DNA of 64,000 nt from an uncultured Gammaproteobacteria bacterium. Lineage in GTDB: Bacteria > Patescibacteriota > Microgenomatia > Levybacterales > UBA12049. The stretch spans positions 12,656 through 76,655 of the forward strand of contig CAZEJU010000004.1 of the NCBI GenBank assembly GCA_964512695.1. The letters run 5' to 3'. A program made the position numbers and the translations under genes. Under the pieces are notes generated by a model. The model saw nothing but the letters and a program-made list of their open reading frames with translations, was not told the DNA's origin and searched no databases. Position 1 is the stretch's first letter. Each line of letters starts with the position of its first letter. Of this stretch, positions 28,116-38,050 are shown piece by piece.

Positions 28116-30305
28116 TTAACGCAGTATTTGTGTTGGAGATAGTTGTTGAAACTGTTGGATTTGTACTTGTATTTGCTCTTCTTGTTTCTTAAACTCTTTC
28201 TCTATTTCCTGCTTTACTTGTTGCTGAATCTGATCGAGATTACCTGCTTGTGGTCCACCAATATCCTGCCATTTTTTCTGGTTCTTATCTTCTTTATCTT
28301 TTTTACCGTCGATTGGAAAAACAGGTTGGTTTGTAGGCTTAGGAATATAACAAACTCTACTTGGTTCTGTTCCAGCAATGAAATATTCTGTTTTACCACC
28401 TGTACCTACACCCGCTAATAAACCGTTATAGTTACATACCGAACGTTGAGAGATTCCTTCTGGTGGTTCAAATGTTTCAACCGCGGTATCTTTTAAAGTA
28501 TGTTCAAGCAGTGATTTCCATAGAGGAGCTGCACCTAACGACCCTGCAACTCTATCCATGGATGCATTATTATTATTACCCACCCAAACACCCACTACAA
28601 TACCCGGGGTATAACCTATTGTTAATGCATCTTTGTAGTCCTCTGCAGTACCTGTTTTCACAGCTGCAGGTCGTGCTGTATCAAGTTTGTTACCGAAAAC
28701 CTCCATACGCGCATTTCTATCAGATAGAATAGAAGAGATAAGAAACGCTATTTCTTGTTCTAGAACCTGCTCCTGGCTCTTTTTGTGCGTATAAATCATT
28801 TTCCCATGTTTATCTGTAATAGATAATATAGGTGAAAGACCATGTTTCGTTCCTGCATCCGCAAAAGTAGCATATGCATGCGTCATTTCTAAAAGACTTA
28901 CCTCTCCAGTTCCTAAGATAAGTGAAACACCATAGTTTGATGGATCTTTCAATGATGTAATACCTAGACGCCTCGCCATTTCAAGACCAGATGAAATACC
29001 CACTTTTTCCATGACTTCTACAGCAGGCACATTTAAAGAGTTTGCAAGTGCACGTCGAACAAGAACTGTACCGCGAAATGTTCTATCATAATTTTGGGGA
29101 CGATAAGTACGCTGAAATACTGTAGGAACATCTTTTAACGCAGTAGCTGGAGTAATAAGACGTTCTTCGAAGGCTGCAGCATATATAATCGGTTTAAAGG
29201 AAGAACCTGGAGAGCGGGGTGTCGTCGCCATATTAACTTTTCCGAAAGAGGTGTTATACCAGTCCATACTTCCAACTAACGCTTTAATTTCACCATTCTT
29301 AGGGTCGAGAATTACAGCTGCTCCATTCGTAACATTATTTTTCGCAAGATCGAGTACATGTTTTTTAACTGTTTCTTCTGCATATTTCTGTAAAGTAAGG
29401 TCAAGTGATGTTCTCACTTTAAATCCAGACCTGGATATCTGTTCCTCTCCATATTGTTTTTCTAAAATATCTTTTACCATTAAAGCAAAATGAATACCGA
29501 CAGAGTTAATATCTTCTGTTTTTTTAGTAAACGTAAGTGGTTGTTTCTCTATTTCCTTCTTTTTCGCAGTTGTCACGAATTTCATACTTTCCATCGCATT
29601 TAAAACATATGCTTGCCTTTTTCGTACTAATTCACGATTTTCATGTATTGGAGTATATCGAGATGGAGAATGCAAAATACCAGCGAGTATTGATGCTTCT
29701 CCTACAGTAAGTTTTTCTGTTTCTTTCCCGAAAAAAGCTTGCGCTGCTTGTTCAATACCAAAAGCTCCTTCACCGAAATAAACTGAATTAAGATACATTT
29801 CCAGAATTTCATCTTTTTTATAACGCCTTTCTATTTCTTGGGCTAAAATAACTTCCTGATATTTTCTCAAAAAATTTTTTTTGGGTGATAACAGAAGATT
29901 TTTTACAAGTTGTTGAGTAATTGTCGATCCCCCAAATGTTGTCTCCCGTTTCTGAAAATTTAAATAAATCGAACGTAAAATTCCCCGAAGAGAAAAACCC
30001 TGATGTGTATAAAATTCTTTATCTTCAGCAGCTATTATAGCTTGTTGAACGTGCCTCGGAATTTTTGAAAGCGGAATTACCTTCTTATATGTAGCGTCAT
30101 AAAAAGTAAAGAATGGTTTATCGTTTTTATCATAGAGAATGAGTCCTGTGTTTGTCCTATTCATAATATACTCTTTACTAGAAAGGTCTTGAGCGAAATA
30201 GAGATACGTAAAGAATGGTATAAACGCAAGAACAGTAATACTTGAGAGAAAAATAGTAGCGAAGTGAAAACGTACAATTCGTAAATATTTTTTTATTCTT
30301 TTCAT
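28116..30305 (-). CDS. class A penicillin-binding protein (PBP1A-type glycosyltransferase/transpeptidase)
   Basis: GT51 motifs EDKEFYTHQGFSLRGILRS and GGSTITQQL. Transpeptidase SxxK (SGSSFKP) and KTGT. N-terminal membrane anchor and a Gln/Glu-rich tail. Confidence 0.85.
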   Translation of the reverse strand: MKRIKKYLRIVRFHFATIFLSSITVLAFIPFFTYLYFAQDLSSKEYIMNRTNTGLILYDKNDKPFFTFYDATYKKVIPLSKIPRHVQQAIIAAEDKEFYTHQGFSLRGILRSIYLNFQKRETTFGGSTITQQLVKNLLLSPKKNFLRKYQEVILAQEIERRYKKDEILEMYLNSVYFGEGAFGIEQAAQAFFGKETEKLTVGEASILAGILHSPSRYTPIHENRELVRKRQAYVLNAMESMKFVTTAKKKEIEKQPLTFTKKTEDINSVGIHFALMVKDILEKQYGEEQISRSGFKVRTSLDLTLQKYAEETVKKHVLDLAKNNVTNGAAVILDPKNGEIKALVGSMDWYNTSFGKVNMATTPRSPGSSFKPIIYAAAFEERLITPATALKDVPTVFQRTYRPQNYDRTFRGTVLVRRALANSLNVPAVEVMEKVGISSGLEMARRLGITSLKDPSNYGVSLILGTGEVSLLEMTHAYATFADAGTKHGLSPILSITDKHGKMIYTHKKSQEQVLEQEIAFLISSILSDRNARMEVFGNKLDTARPAAVKTGTAEDYKDALTIGYTPGIVVGVWVGNNNNASMDRVAGSLGAAPLWKSLLEHTLKDTAVETFEPPEGISQRSVCNYNGLLAGVGTGGKTEYFIAGTEPSRVCYIPKPTNQPVFPIDGKKDKEDKNQKKWQDIGGPQAGNLDQIQQQVKQEIEKEFKKQEEQIQVQIQQFQQLSPTQILR

Positions 30306-30446
30306 ACAGAATTCCCTAACTGTACTATAAAATTTACGATACCCAAAACCTGTAAGACAAAGGAAAAAGAAGTGTAAGAGGATAACGATTTTTAATTTAT
30401 ATAACCTTTTAAAATTAAATAAAAATTAAAAATTTCAAATTTAAAA

Positions 30447-30524
30447 TTATCTTGCTTTAGCGTATGCTGGTGCTGGTTGAGGAATCAATACTTCTACTAA
30501 TTTTTGGATAAACCGCTTTATCAT
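30447..30524 (-). CDS. candidate 25-aa small ORF (MIKRFIQKLVEVLIPQPAPAYAKAR) with a strong Shine-Dalgarno sequence
   Basis: AAAGGAGGTG lies 7 nt upstream of the ATG. It sits in the 300-nt gap between the dacA-like gene and PBP1A. Too short for the ORF track. Confidence 0.2.
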   Translation of the reverse strand: MIKRFIQKLVEVLIPQPAPAYAKAR

Positions 30525-30606
30525 AAATACACCTCCTTTCATCTACCGATGATAAAGAGTCTCTGCTTATAAGTCTCCTATATCTACGGACAGAATAGTC
30601 AAGCAA

Positions 30607-31665
30607 TTATTCAAATAATCGCTGCCATGAAATATATTTTTCTCGTAACTGTTCTTCTGTTATAGCCACTGGATCAAGTTTCATTGTTTCTTCATAAGCA
30701 AGATCAAGAAGTTGCGCTGCCCATAAATCTCTCTGAATAATTCCAGGGGCACCTAGAACGATAGCCATTACTTTTTTTCCTTCTCTTTCTGAAACAACTA
30801 CTGTTGTCTTACCTGCATCGCCTGTGTTACCGATCTTTACACCTGTCGTGGCAGGGTAGACTCCGATTAAACCATTCCAATTAGGTAAATGATACATTCC
30901 ATGAAACGAATCTGGCTGAAGTCTTAAATAGTCTTTTTTTGCTATCTCTGCAAGAAGAGGATAGTTAGCAATCGCGTAGTGAGTTAAAATTGCAAGATCT
31001 TCTACACTACTATAATTATTAGGATCATCGAATCCTTGAGGGTTTGCGAAAGACGTATGCTGTAAACCCAAGCTTTGAGCTTTCTCGTTCATTGCCCGTA
31101 TAAATACTTTTTTTCCATATTTTGCATCGATACCATCCTTTAAAGCACCTGCTGCATCATTTGCTGAAGTCATAAGAGTGGCATGAAGTAGTTCATCAAC
31201 TGTAAATTCTTCACCGATAGGAGCTACTAATTTCGTCGGGACAGCTGCTGCTGCTGATTTCGTCATAGCGAATCGTTCAGAAGGGTCTGCCAGATCTAAG
31301 GCTACTATAGATGTCATAATTTTCGTTAATGATGCGATAGGAAGAGCTTTCGATAAATTTTTTGAAGCGATTATATCTCCTGAATCAAAACTCACTACAA
31401 CATATGCAGACGCTTCTTCGTACTCACCTGTAGCATGTGCCTTGGGAATAAACTCTTGTTTTTTATATAAACGATATGTACTCCCTTTTTCCTGTAACTT
31501 AGGAACGATAGTATCGAAGAAAACATCTGGTTCGGTAGGTAATGGAACAATAAGTTGCGGGGCTTTAATCCCAATAAGATGCAATGATGTAAGAATAAAT
31601 ATCGCGATAAGAGTACTTAAAAAAATCTTCAAACTTTTTATTGGTAGAGCAGGTAAATGTTTCAT
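30607..31665 (-). CDS. D-alanyl-D-alanine carboxypeptidase (peptidase S11, PBP5/DacA-like)
   Basis: Signal/TM helix, SxxK (ASLTKIMTS), SAND-like TSANDAAGAL and KTG (VKIGNTG) motifs. Confidence 0.8.
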   Translation of the reverse strand: MKHLPALPIKSLKIFLSTLIAIFILTSLHLIGIKAPQLIVPLPTEPDVFFDTIVPKLQEKGSTYRLYKKQEFIPKAHATGEYEEASAYVVVSFDSGDIIASKNLSKALPIASLTKIMTSIVALDLADPSERFAMTKSAAAAVPTKLVAPIGEEFTVDELLHATLMTSANDAAGALKDGIDAKYGKKVFIRAMNEKAQSLGLQHTSFANPQGFDDPNNYSSVEDLAILTHYAIANYPLLAEIAKKDYLRLQPDSFHGMYHLPNWNGLIGVYPATTGVKIGNTGDAGKTTVVVSEREGKKVMAIVLGAPGIIQRDLWAAQLLDLAYEETMKLDPVAITEEQLREKYISWQRLFE

Positions 31666-31668
31666 GGA

Positions 31669-33120
31669 TTAATTAATTTTTTTATTATTCTCTTGCATGT
31701 TTAATGACACTTCTGTTGTAACCCACAAGTCATAATATTCTTCTCCAGCTTTAACTGCTGATGTCGCTTCCCAATCAAGCGGATTCCATTTTCGTAATGC
31801 TCGAATTCTTGGATCTTTTCGTGTGAACGCAAGATTAGCATCATTACTACTAAGTACTGCATATCCAGGTCGAACTACATGAGTTACGTTATCAACATCC
31901 ATCTGGCGATGGTAGAATTCACTACTGAGATAAAGATAAGTAAGGATAGTTCCAGTCCATGGGTTAAAAAGATTAGCAGCTGGTAAACTATTTCCTAATT
32001 TTTTATTTGCTTCCTCGTACCAGCTCATAAAAAGTCTTGCGTTAATAGGCATAAACTGTGGACCTATAGCTCCGCCGCTTCCATCTCCTGAACCCCGAAG
32101 AGATCCAGGAATCTTTTTTACGTGTTTTAGATATGGAAGTCCTGAATCTTTTTCAAGTATACTCGCTATCCAAAGAAGATCATCATGTCCTGAAGGAAAC
32201 CATGAATCAGATAAGTTAAGAGCTTCCCATGCAGTTTCACTACCGATATTTACAAATGCTCTTGTTTTTCCAACTCTAGAGAAATCCCATGCAAACCCGA
32301 GTTTTTCTGCATCTCTAATAATATTTTCCGCTCTCCAACCTGTTTCCATCATCTGTAACTTCGCAATAACAGCTGGATTAGGGATATATTTTTCAATATT
32401 ATTTTCTCTAGCTTTACTTTGGGAAGCTTCGAAGAAAAGTTCTGGTTTTGCTTGTATCAGATGCAATGTACTCCCATAGATATCAGTTGCGATAGCAAGC
32501 ATGCGAGGATCAATATTTTGAGATTCGGCCCAGGCAATTTTTACTTCATCAAGTGGAAAGATATTATAGTTTACTAAAGCCCCTTCTTGACGTAGCTTCC
32601 ACAGATAATCCATTGCCCAAGCCCGCCCAGGTTTTGTAACAACTGCTTGAGAACCAAGTATTATATCTGCTGCTGACGCTTGTTGTTCTTCAAGATATGT
32701 AAGCATAGCCAATTCCTTCACAACTCTTTTTTCTGAATCAGGGAGAAGTCCCATAAAACCATCTGCTTGTTCTTGGATATATCTAGAGAATCGAAGGTTA
32801 TCGGTAAATAATCCTCGAAGGTCTGGAAGTGCAACAGTTTTTCCATTTGTTAAAGTAAGTGTTTTAAGTTCTGTTGTTTTTTGAGGAGTAGTATACCTAG
32901 CAATAAATTCACTAAGCGGAGAGATAAGAGATATTCTTACTGGAGTATAAGAAATACTAATGACAATTAGTAAAGCTGTTGTACTAAGAAAAAAAGTGAT
33001 AACAGACCACGTTTTTTCGAAAGGGGTCATGGTGTGAGGTGTTGTAAGAACTTTATATAGGTAAGTTTTATTTTTATTTTGAGCAGGAATTCCTAACATA
33101 CCAAATAGTGTAATGATCAT
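31669..33120 (-). CDS. lytic murein transglycosylase B-like protein (GH103/MltB family) with an N-terminal membrane anchor
   Basis: GSGDGSGGAIGPQFMPINARLF matches the MltB AMGxxQFMPsT catalytic-region signature. It is co-oriented with dacA and PBP1A, with a 3-nt gap to dacA. Confidence 0.55.
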   Translation of the reverse strand: MIITLFGMLGIPAQNKNKTYLYKVLTTPHTMTPFEKTWSVITFFLSTTALLIVISISYTPVRISLISPLSEFIARYTTPQKTTELKTLTLTNGKTVALPDLRGLFTDNLRFSRYIQEQADGFMGLLPDSEKRVVKELAMLTYLEEQQASAADIILGSQAVVTKPGRAWAMDYLWKLRQEGALVNYNIFPLDEVKIAWAESQNIDPRMLAIATDIYGSTLHLIQAKPELFFEASQSKARENNIEKYIPNPAVIAKLQMMETGWRAENIIRDAEKLGFAWDFSRVGKTRAFVNIGSETAWEALNLSDSWFPSGHDDLLWIASILEKDSGLPYLKHVKKIPGSLRGSGDGSGGAIGPQFMPINARLFMSWYEEANKKLGNSLPAANLFNPWTGTILTYLYLSSEFYHRQMDVDNVTHVVRPGYAVLSSNDANLAFTRKDPRIRALRKWNPLDWEATSAVKAGEEYYDLWVTTEVSLNMQENNKKIN

Positions 33121-33478
33121 CTAGTTTTATAACTCATCAATATCCTAGAGTATTTAATCGTTACAAGACCGGATTGTAAAGGATAGGTAAGAACATGTCA
33201 AGACCTATATTAAAATTACCTTGAAAAATAGTAAGAAATAAGCAAGAAGCTAAAAAAACTTACCAAAAATTTACACTGGTGCTTTATCTTATAGTTGAGT
33301 TAGCAAATAGAAAAGAAGGACAGTAATTGGTTTTCCCGCAAGGGGACTATCTTCTGCGAAGTGTCGCAGTTTTCCGTTTTCATGTAATAGTTACTCAGTC
33401 ATCAGTTTCCCTATTATTATCTGACAGACAGATTGCCGACAACAGACTACTGAGAACTGATAACATAAAAATAATGTA

Positions 33479-34789
33479 TTAGTGAGTCAATAAATCTAAT
33501 GCTGCAGCTGCACTCCATGCTTGTCTTTTGCAACTTTCTTCACCGTGATCGTTTCTATATAAACAATATTTTCCACCTTCATCTTTCACATATACCTCTA
33601 TAGGTGACCCAAAATAGTGTATTGGTTTTAACGTTGCCCACTTTAGTAAATCTGCCTCTCTATAATAACCAACATTCAGTAGTCCCTCATGACTCATGCC
33701 GTTAAGCTTCGGCCAAAAACTTCCATTATGATAAGAATTTCGTCCAGGCCTAAACGTCTCCGCTTTCGTACTCATTGTTCGAATACCAGCATCTTTATCA
33801 AACATATCATCCATTAATGCTCGGCGAATAATATCGGATATATACGAATTCCGTACAATAGTCTCTACTTTTTCATCTTTTTTATATGCTGCCCAAAGAA
33901 GCAGAAGTGGATTACCAGTAATTGTTTTTATCTGGTTTTTATGTCCATCTAAGGCTTGTGCCGCATAGTAATGTCGACCTTCTTTAAAAATAAAAAGTCT
34001 ATTAAATTGTTTTTTTAACTGTCTTGCTTGCAAACGAAGCATTCTAGCGAAACGTTTTGAAGTCGATACATGAATTGTACTATCGGTATAAAAATCTGCC
34101 CAAAGTCTTAACGCTAACCAAGCATATCCTTGTACTTCAACTGGAGCGATAGGATAATCAGGTAAGTTACCGTTTATATCCATCATCGATTCAGGAGAGT
34201 CAGTCCAGGACTGAACGGCTAAGCCTCCATGTTCTCTATATGAAGGTAATTCAAACTCCAAAAGAAAGTCTTTATCACGATCACCATATGAAATTATCCA
34301 ATTTAAACCAGCCTCTACAGCTGAAAGTGCTGAAAAAAGAAATTCATCATCACGAGAAATAGACCAGTATCTATATATAGCTATTAAACACAGAGGAGTT
34401 GAGTCTAATGAATCATAGTTACGAAGCACACCATCTGGATAAATATACCAAGGACGAGAATATTGAGTGACTCGTTCGTAATTATCTGGCCTATATTCAT
34501 GAATGAATTTCCCTGGCTCTTCTCCACTTTCTATATTCGTTTTTTTTCCTTGAAGTGTTATCAGGGTCTGCAATCCTCTTTTACAAATCCCTAGAAGCCG
34601 TTGTGTTTCGATATAGTTGTTCGCAGTATTATTCTCACAAACATTAAGAAGCTTTAATATCGTAATAGCACTATCTCTTCCGAAAATGCAACCATATATA
34701 TCTTCTTTACCTGGAGCATTGATTCCTTCTTCTGTCGCTAACTCAAGCACGCAATTATAAATATTTTTCTTTAATATATCTGTATCCAT
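33479..34789 (-). CDS. six-hairpin glycoside hydrolase of the amylo-alpha-1,6-glucosidase / GDE_C family
   Basis: The N-terminal FGRDSAITI motif and overall length fit the (alpha/alpha)6-barrel debranching-enzyme/trehalase-like superfamily. Confidence 0.55.
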   Translation of the reverse strand: MDTDILKKNIYNCVLELATEEGINAPGKEDIYGCIFGRDSAITILKLLNVCENNTANNYIETQRLLGICKRGLQTLITLQGKKTNIESGEEPGKFIHEYRPDNYERVTQYSRPWYIYPDGVLRNYDSLDSTPLCLIAIYRYWSISRDDEFLFSALSAVEAGLNWIISYGDRDKDFLLEFELPSYREHGGLAVQSWTDSPESMMDINGNLPDYPIAPVEVQGYAWLALRLWADFYTDSTIHVSTSKRFARMLRLQARQLKKQFNRLFIFKEGRHYYAAQALDGHKNQIKTITGNPLLLLWAAYKKDEKVETIVRNSYISDIIRRALMDDMFDKDAGIRTMSTKAETFRPGRNSYHNGSFWPKLNGMSHEGLLNVGYYREADLLKWATLKPIHYFGSPIEVYVKDEGGKYCLYRNDHGEESCKRQAWSAAAALDLLTH

Positions 34790-34996
34790 GGGCAGTTAAA
34801 ATTTAAAAAAGTAATGTAGTAAATAAAACTGTATCAATAAAAACATGTAAGAGTCAAGCACAACTATGAAGAGTTTAGCTTTAAAAAATGTAAGAAATTT
34901 TTCTTACAAAACAATCCTATAAACTATTGTAAGGAAAAAGCAAGAAACACGACTATTACATTGTCTTTCTATAAATTGTTGGTATAATATGAACCT

Positions 34997-35668
34997 ATGA
35001 CCCAGTCGATTCTCGTAGTAGAAGATGATAAAGGATTACAAAAATACCTAAAAGAACTTCTCTTAGATAATGGGTTTGCAGTCCAAGTAGCCGGTGACGG
35101 TATTATAGCCCTCGACTATTTACAGAAAACACAACCAGATCTGGTAGTACTCGATCTAGGACTTCCCAACATGTCAGGTGAAACAGTTTGTTTGGAAATA
35201 AGAAAGAAGTATAAAGATCTCCCTGTTATTATTCTCACTGCACGCGATAGTGTTTCTGATATCGTGCAAGGTTTAAACCTCGGTGCAGACGACTATATTA
35301 CGAAACCTTTCGTTGCTGATGAATTCTTAGCTCGTATTAAAGCTCGGTTACGAAGACAAGGCGACGGAGATACAACGTTAAAAGTTGCAGATCTCGAACT
35401 AAATAATAAAACGCTTGAGGTTAAACGTAACGGTAAACTTATTCAGTTAACACCTCAAGAGTTTAAATTACTACAATATTTAATGAATAATAAAGGCCGT
35501 ATATTAACACGTGAGATGATTCTCAATAGGATTTGGTTATATTCGTCTGATGTTGAGACACGAGTTGTAGACGTTTATATGGGATATTTACGAAAAAAAA
35601 TTGACAATGGCCACACAAAAAAGCTTCTCCATTCTATCCGCGGATTCGGATATGTAATTAAAGAATAA
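34997..35668 (+). CDS. OmpR/PhoB-family two-component response regulator
   Basis: REC domain (ILVVEDD...VVLDLGLPNMSGE...ADDYITKPF) and winged-helix output (LTPQEFKLLQYLMNNKGRILTREMILNRIW). Confidence 0.85.
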   Translation: MTQSILVVEDDKGLQKYLKELLLDNGFAVQVAGDGIIALDYLQKTQPDLVVLDLGLPNMSGETVCLEIRKKYKDLPVIILTARDSVSDIVQGLNLGADDYITKPFVADEFLARIKARLRRQGDGDTTLKVADLELNNKTLEVKRNGKLIQLTPQEFKLLQYLMNNKGRILTREMILNRIWLYSSDVETRVVDVYMGYLRKKIDNGHTKKLLHSIRGFGYVIKE

Positions 35669-35768
35669 TTACTGTAATAAAACTAGCGGAAATCTCAATT
35701 AACTACAGATATATATTAGCAAATTCAGGATCACTTTCTACTTGAGTCCAAGGAGCGTTAATTAAAGC

Positions 35769-36773
35769 TTATTCATTTCCGAAACCTCTAGGAAAAGGAA
35801 TCTGAACATCAGAAAGCCGCTTATTTTTTTTTATGATGTAATCAGCTGGTGACATCCCAAATCGCTCTAGTAACATACCCATTCTATACATGTGAACTGA
35901 TGTCCAAAGCTTAGTATTTACTTGCAGGTCAGAGTAACTATAATCTGGAAGTTTGCGTTTTCCTCTTGCTTGACTTCTGATCTGCTCTTTTTCCCGTATT
36001 GCATGTTTATCGCCGTTAACTTTATGTTGTCTCACTGTTCTTCTATTCCCCCAGCTTCCTGACCAAACATCTCTTCGAGTCGGTGAAACATCGAAGATTA
36101 CACCATGTTGGTTTAACGCTGTTTGTAATTTTTTCATTTCATCTAATGGCTTTTCATCACCCATTTCATGGATAATTTCCCGTAGCTGCATACCTTGTTC
36201 TTGTAGCTCTAGTTCAGGAATAATTCCTATTGCCTTCACCATATAGTTAGGATCATATTTTGCACGTTCACACGCCTTCTCTATGACAGAACCGGTAAAT
36301 GGCCAATAAGGATAACCGAAAAAACCACCTTCTACAATATCCATAGCGGGCTTTCCAGATTGATAGAAACGTTTTTCTAAAACGTCATTTAGTATATCGT
36401 TAGATGTGGCGACTTCATCACATGTAAAACTTCCAATAGGAGAGTTAATTAGACCTGCCTCTCTACCTAACCAATTAGCCATGGGTGTTGAAACTATACC
36501 ATATGATAGTTTTCCTCTTTTTCCCTCATATTTATTCACAATAGGCCTAATATTTTCCCCATATAATTGCTGCCAAAGAAAATTTTTTGTAATTAGTTCC
36601 TTTCCTGCAGAAACCGGACCAAGGATGAATAATGTAAGATGAGCATCAGGTTTCTGAACCATCTCCCTCATTATTTTTTTATGAAATGGTCCTAAACGTA
36701 AAGCGTCATATACAGGAGTCTCTTTCGATAACTGCATTTCAGGTCTTGGAGTAAATGACATTTCATACATCAT
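35769..36773 (-). CDS. hypothetical 334-aa cytoplasmic protein with an atypical P-loop-like motif (LFILGPVSAGKE)
   Basis: No family assignable. Its ATG overlaps the histidine kinase stop (ATGA), implying translational coupling. Confidence 0.35.
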   Translation of the reverse strand: MMYEMSFTPRPEMQLSKETPVYDALRLGPFHKKIMREMVQKPDAHLTLFILGPVSAGKELITKNFLWQQLYGENIRPIVNKYEGKRGKLSYGIVSTPMANWLGREAGLINSPIGSFTCDEVATSNDILNDVLEKRFYQSGKPAMDIVEGGFFGYPYWPFTGSVIEKACERAKYDPNYMVKAIGIIPELELQEQGMQLREIIHEMGDEKPLDEMKKLQTALNQHGVIFDVSPTRRDVWSGSWGNRRTVRQHKVNGDKHAIREKEQIRSQARGKRKLPDYSYSDLQVNTKLWTSVHMYRMGMLLERFGMSPADYIIKKNKRLSDVQIPFPRGFGNE

Positions 36774-37927
36774 ATTTTTGAAATAGGCAGTTTAATGTGA
36801 ATAGTAGTCCCTTCTTTCACCTTTGATTTGACTGTAATATCTCCTCTATGCTGACGAATTATATTTTCTACAAAGAGTAAACCAATTCCCATGCCTTCTT
36901 CACCACTTTCTCCTTTATGATGCCCAGCAAAAATATATGGTATGTCTTTTTCGTCAATCCCTCTCCCCTGATCTTTTATAATAATAATAAAGGAATTATT
37001 ACTTTTTGAAATGGCTACATAAACCGCAGTATGCTTTGCGGAGTATTTGAATGCATTATCTAAAATATTGTCGAAGACTTTTACTAGCTTTTCACTATCT
37101 CCTATCACAGAACCCGAATAACCAATATTATTTTTAAAATTTAATTCACGTGAAGGAAATCGTTGTTGCACATCAGTAATTGCTTGTTTTACTAATTCAA
37201 CTATGTTACATTCCTGCCACTTGAATTGTAGTTGACCTGCTCGAATTCTATTGACATCTAATAATTCTCGAACGAGCGTCATAAGTCGTTTATTTTCTTC
37301 GTAGAGAGCAAGTACCCATTTCCCTTCACTTGTTTCGTGTTTTCCTAAGCGACTATAAAGTAGCTGAATATATCCGCTAATAGATGTTATCGGGGTACGA
37401 AGTTCATGCGCGGCCATAGAAATGAAAATATCACGAATCTCTAAAGCTTTTTTCATATCGCTATAGAGCTGAGACTTTTTAATAGCCAGAGTAGCAAGTG
37501 AACCATATAATTTAAGGATTGATAACTCTTGTTGTGTAAATACTTTATTTTCCTTATATGACCTCACTACCAGAGCGCCTATCAACGTCGAGTGGTAGGA
37601 TAATGGAATAAAAATCCATGATTTTACACCTAACGCGACGGATTTGGGGTCATGCGGTTTAATATCGTCCCTTCCTACGACGAAAGCTTTCTGCTCTTTG
37701 TATGCTATATATGCGAAACCCTTATTTCGTGCCTTTACAGCAGCTGCTGCTGGAGAAGATCCATAAACAGTCTTTAACGAATCCCCTTCTTGGAGTAAAA
37801 TAAGTCCTTCATCTGCTTGTACAAGCTTTATGGCTTCTTCAACTATGGTTTCGTAGGTTTCTTGTGTCGTTAACTTATCCAAAAATCGTAGGCTTGCTCG
37901 ATTAATATCTTCCAATATTTTTTCCAT
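36770..37927 (-). CDS. cytoplasmic GAF-domain sensor histidine kinase
   Basis: N-terminal GAF. H-box AAHELRTPITSI. HATPase_c N/G boxes (DNAFKYS, DQGRGI, GMGIGL). No TM helices. Confidence 0.8.
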   Translation of the reverse strand: MEKILEDINRASLRFLDKLTTQETYETIVEEAIKLVQADEGLILLQEGDSLKTVYGSSPAAAAVKARNKGFAYIAYKEQKAFVVGRDDIKPHDPKSVALGVKSWIFIPLSYHSTLIGALVVRSYKENKVFTQQELSILKLYGSLATLAIKKSQLYSDMKKALEIRDIFISMAAHELRTPITSISGYIQLLYSRLGKHETSEGKWVLALYEENKRLMTLVRELLDVNRIRAGQLQFKWQECNIVELVKQAITDVQQRFPSRELNFKNNIGYSGSVIGDSEKLVKVFDNILDNAFKYSAKHTAVYVAISKSNNSFIIIIKDQGRGIDEKDIPYIFAGHHKGESGEEGMGIGLLFVENIIRQHRGDITVKSKVKEGTTIHIKLPISKI

Positions 37928-38050
37928 GCAGTGTTAATTATCCTATAAAAGTAATAAAATTCAAGTATTTTTACGATTTTCTAGGCTATTCTTATCAAAT
38001 TCTTACCAATTCATTATTCTATTATTATTGATGAAGGGTAAGGTATATGA

